The notes beneath the pieces are model-generated. The model ran no database searches. It was not told the origin of the DNA and saw only the letters and a list, made by a program, of their open reading frames with translations. A program made the translations under genes and the position numbers. This document shows, one piece after another, positions 54,253 through 64,000 of a stretch of 64,000 bases of DNA. Location of the stretch: assembly GCF_009914755.1 (NCBI RefSeq), contig NC_060929.1; one strand, 5' to 3'. Source of the DNA: the human T2T-CHM13v2.0 reference genome, Homo sapiens. Positions within the stretch are counted from its first letter, which is position 1; every line of letters starts with the position of its first letter.

Positions 54253-57200
54253 TTAATTAGAAGAATTGATGTAATGGTGTGATAAATACTACAGGAACAT
54301 CTAAATGATTTTCACATATTAAACGTAATTTTATGTAAAATATAAAAATAATAAAACTTAACCAAACCTTGTAATAAATAAATAAATAAATAAACTAAAA
54401 AAGAATTGAGATCTTCCAAAGTAAATAAATTGTATGAATCACATCTAGAAGTCTAAACTGAAATTATTTAAATCAGAAATATGTATTATTGCCTTAACTC
54501 CCCTATAAGTATAATTAGAAAATAATTACTTAAAAAACTACAGGAAACTTTTTTTGCCTAGTATTAAAAGGTTTATTATTAACATGAAATAATTTCATTG
54601 TTATTGAAAATGTTCAATAGGTAATTGATTTGCATAATAATTTTTACCATGTAATTTTGCAACAGGTCATAATAGAGTTAGATATAAATTTATTCCTTAC
54701 AAAGTAAAGGTGCTTAATAGCTAAATTAATTAAAGACACACATTACAGTAAATAATTCACAGTTATTTTTGTAATATTTATCAAGGTAATATCTCAACAA
54801 AAATATCTTGCTTTTAATTGTTTAACTTAAATATATTTGAGTTTTTAAAATGTGGTATATCACTAGTTTTGAAAATATTTCATTTAATTGTATTGGCAAA
54901 GGCAGCCTTAATATACAGTTTAAAATTGAAAGTCTGGTAAAAAATGAGGGAAAGGCTGCCCTCTGGGACATGCATGATACAAAGTCCAGAAGAAAGGTTG
55001 TCAATCATATTCCAGGGTAGAAACCAGCACAGGAGTTATCATCTATGTATTGTCAACAACTTCCAAGATCTTACCTTCAAGCAGCTTAGAGCTGGTACCA
55101 CCTGTAACCTGTAGGTGCTTATATGTACCCCACAGTAAGCAAATTCTCTAAGTTCTCCATGTGCAAAACTAAATCATTACCCCTTTTTACTCTAGATTTT
55201 CTAAAATCTCTTAAGAGACTACAGAAAAAAGTAGAACCATATCCTAAGAAACCTAGACAATAGACAGAATAAAGATCCTTAATTTGTTATATGTCCTTAA
55301 AATTTAATAAAATAAAAGCAAACACCCCAATAGGAAAATATTTTAGGGAACTCTCTAGGTGACTCTTTCTGATCTCTTTGTCAGCACACGGAGAATACAG
55401 GAAATGCTAGAATGCCAGATCATATGACAGTTGAAGGGAGGCATGCCACTATCACATGCATCTTCAAAGAGATGTCTGAATTTAAATATAAATGTTGTAT
55501 CAATATAAAGTTAATTCACAGAAAAGCAAAGGTTTTCATTAAACACAACATGAAAAACCGGTTGGAAGACACTAGGCACAAACTAATGACAGGGCAGGGG
55601 CCTCTCTCCCTCTTTCATAGCCTTACTGTCTGTCTCATAAACCCTTCATCCCCAGCCTATCCACTCGACCTGTTTCCCTATTCCTCCATGCCCTAGAGCT
55701 CCACATTCTAGGTCTCCTCTTCTAGGATATCCACACCCTCATGTGCCACTTCTTAGACTCATTCATCACTGCAGAGTGACACTCATTCCTAGGCAGGGTT
55801 CTTATGATATGTCCCCCATTCAATCCTCCTTTTAGGAAAATGGGAAGGCTTCTCCCCCGCAATTGTTCCCCTAGTCAGGCCTCCTATGGGTCAGAGGTGG
55901 TCTTACCCTGCCTAGACATGCTCTAATCCAGGTATTGTTTTAATCTATGCCGAAGTTCCTTCCTGGAAGGTTCTCTATTCAGGTACAAATTCTCTATTTT
56001 TGCTGAATGAAGGTGAAATAGTCACTGACATCAGTTTTTTTGTTCATCATAATATTAATAAGATGTTCACTGACAGACATCTTGGAGGTGCTTTTTAGCA
56101 CAACTTCCAGTGTTGACTGAGCAGCCATCTTCAAATTCCATGAAACAGAAATGGATGCAAGTGCTGTGCCTGGGACAGGCCAAAGAGAAGCTGAACCTGA
56201 GCTTGAGTTAACTTAGTGGGTGATTAGTTAAATGCTTCACGGGAAGGTTTCTAGGTTAGTTGGTTGGATGACTATTGGTCTAGTTGGCTGTATGGTCAAC
56301 CTACTTACTCAGCCTTCCCTTTCCATCCTTCTGTGCCCTGCACCTTTCTTCATCAACTCATGCTCAATGTCCTTCCTCAATTACTTTAAGCTTAGAAAGT
56401 TTTTTTTTTCCCAATTCAAGATTTCTCTATGATATTCAGAGTTTAATTATTTTGTGTGGTTTGTCAGGACTACAGTAATGAGCATCCCATTTTATATCAT
56501 TATTTTATTTATATATACTTATATATCATTCAACAATATTTCCTATTTTATTTTATAAATACCATGGCCAAAGAGAAAGAAAGAAAAAGAAAATGAGAAA
56601 TACATTTCTTACTATGGCTGAAGAGAAAGAACTATGTGGTATGTGTCTGTGTCTGTGATAAAGAATGGACGTGTCATGTATATTCATGTTTATATTATAC
56701 CTCTCTATTTAAACAGGTATCTCAGTCTTGAGGAAAATACACTGAGTGGGGAATCAGAAACCTGTAGCACTGCTTCTCTCACTAAATAGCTGTGAAAGCT
56801 TGGGCAAACAACATCAGGTGTGTCTCAGTTTGTGCATCTGAAGTCTCATCTGCATCTACATTTGGAATTTGCATAATGTTGTTGTGGTGCTCAGATCATA
56901 CGATATACATCGAAGCAGTAGCAGTATGAACTTTCCTCTAATTGTCCAACAATTATAAGGCTATAGCACTAGTATTACTAACCTGTGTTTGGGCCCATTT
57001 TAGGCCCCATCCCATTGACTTTAGTCCTGTTACTACTTTTTTCCCAGCTTTTTTTTTCTTTTTTAGGTAAGTGGTGCTTTCTGCCTCTTTGTAAACACTT
57101 AAGGCAAATAACTGCCCTGTCATTTGATGCATCATTTCAAGACCCTACTTTCTTCAGCTTCCAATAAGACAAATAAATAGTGTGCAACATTCTTGCTAGC

Positions 57201-57264
57201 GTGTGGGACGGCCCAAATGCATCCTCCTTTATTTTTACGTTTTATTTATAACAGAGGCTAACTG

Positions 57265-57402
57265 ATTTATTTTATTTTTATTTCGTTTCTTTTAGAGATG
57301 GGTTCTCACTGTGTTGCCCAGGATGGTCTTGAGCTCCTGGGCTCCTCTTGCTGAGGCCTCTAAAAGTGCTGGGATTACAGGCATGAGCCAGTGTGCCCTG
57401 TC
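57265..57402 (-). mobile_element. FLAM / Alu left monomer
   Basis: T-rich tail then tttagagatgggttctcactgtgttgcccaggatggtcttgagctcctgggctc...gtgctgggattacaggcatgagcca; single arm only. Confidence 0.85.
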
Positions 57403-57756
57403 TATCTGGTTTCAATGCCCTGAATTTACTCTCAGAACCAAAGTGTCACTTTGGTGGTAGAAATTTCAGTCATATGCATAATCATAAACCAAAATGGGAT
57501 TCGTGGAACTTGAGTATCTGAGGAAATGTTATCATTCTTTTCAGGTCACAAGATACCATTTCTATGCATATTGTGCACTAAATGAGACACCCTAGAGAAT
57601 ATGTGTGCATTAATAACATACCACAAATATGAAAAGTGCCATTTCAATGGATTATGCACTCTGAAGGCAAATAATATTGATTTTGGCCCAGATTTCAAAA
57701 TAAATTTAGATGATGTACATAAAAATATATATGCATACATATATGTGTGTGTGTAT

Positions 57757-57802
<46 letters not shown>

Positions 57803-57806
57803 ACAC
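57757..57806. repeat. (CA)n microsatellite, (UG)n in the EDIL3 pre-mRNA, ~12 nt from the exon donor
   Basis: Direct reading; ~23-25 dinucleotide units with two TA interruptions. Confidence 0.96.
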
Positions 57807-57818
57807 GTGAATACTTAC

Positions 57819-57932
57819 TGTATTGACAATTTCTTCCCATAAATTCGCCTGGGCACTCACAGGAATAGTTAGCAACAAGATCTGTACATATTCCACCATT
57901 TTTGCAAGGCTCAACTTCGCATTCATTTATGT
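57819..57932 (-). CDS. EDIL3: EDIL3/DEL-1 coding exon, EGF-like repeat 3 (calcium-binding type); probably exon 5
   Basis: Minus strand reads tttcttag|AC ATA AAT GAA TGC...TGT CAA TAC A|gtaagt. Translation is (x)[37 protein letters not shown], with six EGF cysteines, a C-x-D-x4-Y-x-C hydroxylation consensus and an NYS sequon. It is 114 nt, phase 1-1, and splices in frame to the 27378 exon (Y-K-C-S-G). Exon number is from memory. Confidence 0.97.
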
Positions 57933-59535
57933 CTAAGAAAAACAGAAAGGACAGAGGAAGAGAATTATTGGTAAAAAATGATTAGATATTGGAAAGTTTT
58001 AACATTTGAAATACAAATGTCTTAGTAATGCTATTCCTTTGTGTGTGTGTAGGCATGTGTGTGTTTAGTCAGTAATACAAATGCTGCTTAAAACCAACAA
58101 TTTAATAACCATTATATTTAATCAATTTCAAATAAAATTCAGAATACAGACGAAAGGCCAATGGAACTAAACCACTCTCCCATTCTGAAAATAAATATGA
58201 GTAGTCTGGGGAAATATTCAGTGTATCCTTAGAATTAAATCAAACAAATTAACCCTGATAGAAAGATGAATTGGTTTCACTTACAAGATCGAGAAACCTC
58301 CCCTGCAGCAACAACTGCCAATTAACACTGTCTCATTTCATCTTAATTCATTACAATTCTAACTGACAGAGATGTTTTAGTTTCTAAATAGTTCGTCTTT
58401 GATGAATACGATGAGAAGCAAATTAGAGTTAATAGCTAAAGCTCGTTACATGCAAAGTATAATAAATGTAAATGGTGATCACTTCCTAATCTCATTCAAG
58501 GATTTCTAAAGTGAGGATGACTAAAGGGACTTACCTTTGATATACTACTATTACATCTGATGCAAAATCACATGAAACATAAAACATCGAGCAAATTATA
58601 CTACTTTCCTTGCTAATTTTGGACAACAGAGAAAACAAATATGACTTTGAACACAAAAGAAACAATGACTAATTCAATCAATCACAGATATTCACAAATC
58701 ATTCCCTTTTAGCAAAGCACCATGCTGGATTCTGTGGGAGCCAGTACAGTAGTTGGAGAGCACACACCACTCCCCATCTCTTCCTCATCCTATGAGCTAT
58801 TCCAGTTGAGCTCCCTATCTGCTTTCATTTCCATAACAGTTTGTTGTTGTTGTTTTTAACTGTATTACAGACTTGGAAATTGTCTGTTTATATTTAGCCC
58901 CTTTCACCTTGTCAGAAAGTGAGCTCCACAAATGAAGTTCCTATCTTGCCCTGTTCCTTGTATTCCTGAAAATGCCACACTCCATCTGGAAAACTACTGA
59001 GGCTCAATAAATGTTTCCTGACCAACTTTCTACCAAAACAATAGAAATAGTCATGTGCACAATCTTAAAACATTTTATTCCAGATTTGTAATGTGCCTTC
59101 TGATACCCTATAACATATCAAATGATAGTTCTGAAGTCTTGGGCTATTACAGTTGCTTAAAGCAAGAAGATCATTAAATTACTTCTAAAAGGAAACAAGG
59201 AAAAAAGTATTTGAAAATCTCAATTTTGCCCTTTCTTTTGACATTTTTTTTTTCTAATTAGTATCCCCTCCAGAAAGCAGAGTTGGTCAACTTCTCATTC
59301 TAAGTTCACTGTAGAAAGCCTGGTCTAAATTTCCTTAGGTAATAACTTTCTCTCAAAAAGCAGCCCTTTTGGTTTCTGGTTGACAATCATAGCTTAAGAA
59401 CAGAGATAATTCATGACTGTGTTCAGAAAAAATAAAAATAATTTGAGTACCTCATAACTTCAAATAATAGGATAAAATCAGAATCTGCTAATCTCTAAAA
59501 AGATGGATCTGTGTGCTGTAAAGTATGATAGACTC

Positions 59536-59823
59536 AGCCGGGCGTGGTGGCTCACACCTGTCATCCCAGCACTTTGGCAGGCCAAGGCGGGTGGATCACA
59601 AGGCCAGTAGTTCAAGACCAGCCTGGCCAACATGGTGAAACCTTGTCTCTACTAAAAATACAAAAATTAGCTGGTGTGGTGGCGTGTGCCTATAATCCCA
59701 GCTACTCAGGAGACTGAGGCAAGAGAATTGCTTGAACCCTGAAGGCTGAGGTTGCAGTGAGCCAAGACTGAGCTACTTCACTCCAGCCTGGGCAACAGAG
59801 CTAGACTCTGTCTCGGGGGAAAA
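59536..59823 (+). mobile_element. AluS, full body, almost no A tail
   Basis: Perfect 16-bp TSD aaagtatgatagactc at 59520-59535 and 59824-59839; tail reduced to ggggg+aaaa. Confidence 0.95.
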
Positions 59824-59873
59824 AAAGTATGATAGACTCCTAAATATTTGATACTGAACCTGTACAAAAATGA

Positions 59874-59938
59874 AGGATGGATGGGAGGGAGGGAGGGAGG
59901 CAGTGAGGGAGGGAAGGAGGGAGGGAGGGGAAAGAAAA
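59874..59938. repeat. (GGGA)n-like purine tract
   Basis: Direct reading; multiple GGG runs. Confidence 0.85.
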
Positions 59939-62007
59939 GGTGAGTATAAGTCATTTCTTTCCTTTTTAAAAATATAATAAAATCTCAGCTCTCTTTGATC
60001 TTATCAAAATTTCACTTAGTCTTAATATTAAACTATATTTATATTGGACTAACACACAAACCATTTTCATTAAATTTTGTAAGCCACATGAAATGCTACT
60101 TATTGTTGCCAACTCAATTATGCATGACAATAACAATGTTTGGCTACCTTGGAACATGCCCAATATGTCTTAACCTGTATCCTCTCTACTACAATTTGTT
60201 TTAGATGAGAACGTGTAACTGGTTAATGTCTTCATATCTTAGAGAAAACACTGCCGTATTTTGTAAAGTTAGATGCAAAAATTTATTCTCATATATACTT
60301 AGAGAGAGGAAACTAAGTGGTCATGTCTGAAGGACCCACATAAGCAAAAGATAATTTGATCTTAGACAAGAAGAAAAAGTTTAATTAAGACTAATAAGGA
60401 TGTGATATAGATGACAGTCAATTTCCAAGCAGGGAGCCAGAATGAATCACAACTTTGAAGAAGAATGTTCATGATATGATCGTGTGTTTAGGTACAGGAG
60501 TAAAGCATTTTGGAGCAGAGAAGATGAAGGAGAGTGCTAGAATCCCATGTCAGAGAATGTAGATAGGGAACAGATTATGATGAACCCTTAGTGCAGGCTG
60601 AGGCAACTGCGTTTTATTTTTTTGGCAATGAACATTTGGAGCAGGATGAGAAGGATTAAAGGGTATTTCCTTCACCCTTCTACTTTAGAAGAACCTAGTG
60701 AAGCCATATGTGAGATGGACTTGAGAAATGAATAAAGGAAGATGGGACAGAAACCCACAAAAGATTTGATGTTAATAGGTACAACATATATTTTAAGTCT
60801 CATGTAAGAGGCTCTATATATTTTCTCATTTTAAGATTGAAATATATCATGAGTAAAATCAAACCCAGCTCTTGCTGATTTGTAATGTTAATAGAAGGAA
60901 GTTCTCATAGCCAGTGTGAGAACAATCAATAATTATTATACATACTATTAACGATACAAAGACACTGCTGTTTTTTGCCTCCTTAAATCTTCCAAGTCTT
61001 TACACCGTAAGTAGTAATTAAAATATGTGAGCGTAAATCTAATTGAGACAAATCAACCTTTAAACCTTCCAGTTATAGGCTCATCAGGCCCCATCTATAA
61101 ATCATCAGCAAAGCAAGTTATAATTAAGGACATCCGATTCTAAAAAATCAACAGTTAACACCTTTACCCAGAGGTTAAGATGAAGTGGAATGAATTGGAA
61201 TGCATTTGCTGAAATGGAAATGCTTTGTAGACACACTCAATTTGTGATAGAATGACCTTTTCATTGTTTAAATGTGCATTTTTCAATGTTTTTAAAACTC
61301 AAAAACTACTTAAATCTAAATTCATAAAAATATACATGTTATCTTAAGTTATCCATATTTTTTAATACAGTAGCTAAGTTAGTAAAACATTTCTGCATAG
61401 GTACATACCCAGTAATACACAAGCTTAGAAGACAGTTGCAAATTACACAGAAGCATTTACGTATTTGTATAATGCAGGAGTTCTTTCAGCAGTGAAGGCT
61501 ATTTGCACTGTAATTAACACTGCAAGCAATCTAAATGGAAACTGACCTCAATTTGTATAAATCATGTTTAATTAAAGACTAGATAAAAACGTTCACAGAA
61601 TATAGTGCAATGAAATGAAACTTAAACATATTTGCAATAAATAACATACACCTATCTTCGTCACAGATCAAGACATTATCATTGCCAGAAAAAAGTCCAC
61701 ATCCATTCCAAATATACTACTAGGTTATACCATTTAATTAATGAAGAAAAAACTGATAAAGTAGCCCCCATATGAAATAGAAATTTCCATATTTGGTCAG
61801 ATTTATAGTTTATTTATAATAATAATATCATTTATAAGGTCTTGCTTCATAAAACAGCTTCAAAATATGACTTTATAATCAAGACAGTCAGCTGAGTCCT
61901 GAAGTTATAAAACTTTGCTGCCAACCTTCTTGTGTCACTGAGGCACAGTGATGAGAGCTGCACATGAGTTTCCAGGTATAAACTCATGACTCACCCTTGT
62001 TTCCTGA

Positions 62008-62190
62008 AATTATATATAATATATATAATTTCATATATATGAAATTATGAAATATATATTTCATAATTATATATATTATATATAATATATTACATATATG
62101 CGATATATATGTATTACATTTTGTTTTGATTTTTTGGTGGAAGAAGAAAGAAGAAGAAAGAAGGAGAAGAAGGAAGACAGAGGACAGAAA
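62008..62190. repeat. AT-rich low-complexity tract followed by (GAA)-rich tract
   Basis: Direct reading. Confidence 0.75.
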
Positions 62191-62485
62191 ATAATAAAAG
62201 GTAAATAGTTGAATTTCTCTGAAAGGAAACACAAATTACTTTGAACCAAAAAGTACTTTACAAGTATTCCCAGTTCCTTGCCTCTGTTATAACTAATTAC
62301 ACAGATTCATTGATTTTATATGCATAACTCAGACTCTTTATCGGTATGTCATACATAACCCACATTACAGATTTGTAAATGTGTTTGATCGTCCTTCTCT
62401 TTGGCTTGGGTTTTTTCCTAGCAGAAATGCACACTCTGGAGATTTCGCTGTGAGAAGCCTACTCCAGTAATTGACAAACTACTCA

Positions 62486-62530
62486 TATATATATATATAT
62501 ACACATATATATATATATATATATACATAG

Positions 62531-62577
<47 letters not shown>
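62486..62577. repeat. Compound microsatellite (TA)n-(TA)n-(ATCT)n
   Basis: Direct reading; ~11 ATCT units. Confidence 0.95.
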
Positions 62578-64000
62578 ATATTGAGCACTCCTCCCTTAGG
62601 CAATTCACCTTATGCACATCCACATCCTGAGAAATGCTCAGTTACACCTGGTCTTCTTTGTCCTGGATCTTTGTCAGAACCATTATTGTACAGATTATAG
62701 CCAAAAGCCCATGAAATTGACTTTGGAGTGGTAGGCTGTCAAAGAGTTTTTAAAATGGAAATTATATTTGTTAATTCCTTATTGGTGCCTTCAAAACAAT
62801 GCATTGTCTGGGCATGACTTCTTGTCACAGAAACTGTGTGGCTTCTTCTCAGAGAATTATATTGAAAAATTCAATAATCTCATTCTTCATTACAGATTCC
62901 GCTAGTTGGCCAGAGATGAAACAGAGAATTCTTGAGTCTAATTCCCAGGAATCTCCATCTCTGGAGACTTTTAAAACTAATTAGTAAGTAATTAATTAGT
63001 TTGTTTTCAACTGGCTCACCTTTGCAATCTGCAGAGTAGGAATGGTAGCAGTTTTCACTTCTGGGACATCATTATCCCAGTTCATCCTTGAGTTCTCTCA
63101 GAACTCCTCAGGAAAATGCCATCTGTCCTCAGTAGTTTAGCTACATTTAATTCACCAACATGGCTTAGATATTTTGAATACTGACCACCATTTGGACCAG
63201 GACATCTAATCCTTCTGGGGATAGATATCTATCTAACCTCCTCCTAGAGAAGACAAAGACAATGTATTTCAACCATAAATCTATCTCCTCTTCATAAGTA
63301 AGTACATTGAGGCCCCCAAGAACATCAAGAAGGAACATGGTTCTTGGGCTGAACATACTTTTTTGGATATATTAAAAGGAGACAATGATAGACGGTGCCC
63401 CCCCCCCCAAGCTTTTTTTTCTTTTGCGAAGACAAATTTCTCAACTTCTTTATGTCTTTCCCTTGGGCTATCTTTCCTCCGGCAATATTGTTATTGACTG
63501 CTAATTGCTTGGCAAGACCTTATTTTTCAGAGCCTGCTATTTTTTGATCCTTAACAACACATCTTCCCTGGGCTCCCCATTAGCTATTACATATTCTCCA
63601 GACCTCCCATGAGTGATTGCCTTTTAAAGTTTGACCTTTTATATTTTTCCTTATTTAAAGCCTATGATCTTTCAATTTCTCTTTAAAGATTGAATTTCTA
63701 TTTAAGATGAATTTCTAGGAATTTGATTCTCCCACTCAGATGCTGAACTTAATTATGTCACAATCAGAATTATCTAGATAATTTATTTCCCAGTCACTTC
63801 TGTGACCAGTTTAGTATATATTTGAATCTTCTGTTCTTGAACTCCCTTTTGATGTGGCTTTCTGCTATATTACTAGTAATTCATTTTAAAGTGGCTAATT
63901 AAAATCAGCATTATTCAGTCAGAACGTATCACACACAAACCTTTTATAATAATTTATTGATAACCTTCACTTACAAGAACAGTAGCATAACAAAAGCCCC

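Noticed and set aside
57546-57926. 126-aa minus-strand ORF with a CVCVCV run
   Set aside because: It is an alternative frame over the real EGF3 exon running into the (TG)n repeat; the true frame is set by the splice sites.

Overview
AT-rich primate (most likely human) genomic DNA lying inside the EDIL3 (DEL-1) gene, which is transcribed on the minus strand. The window holds two coding exons with clean AG/GT boundaries: a 114-nt exon for the third, calcium-binding EGF repeat (57932..57819) and a 182-nt exon starting the first discoidin/F5-8 type C domain (27378..27197), separated by a 30.4-kb intron. The rest is intronic and rich in Alu, L1, L2, MIR, MaLR LTR and DNA-transposon relics plus simple repeats. 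I see no evidence for a new gene or multi-gene system. The unusual signals are structural or regulatory. (1) An old L1 is flanked by a ~110-bp direct repeat that looks like a giant target-site duplication. (2) Nested inside it is an L1PA7-like copy with a 5' inversion and an apparent ~650-bp 3' transduction carrying a MIR. (3) A THE1A element has lost its 5' LTR yet kept its TSD, and carries a 51-bp inverted templated insertion copied from 1.2 kb away. (4) In-frame read-through of the discoidin-exon donor would give a short DEL-1 isoform. (5) A long UG tract sits right after the symmetric EGF3 exon. (6) A palindromic GATA/ETS/NF-kB motif cluster is a candidate enhancer. Repeat subfamily names come from recalled consensus sequences, and boundaries of old repeats are approximate.
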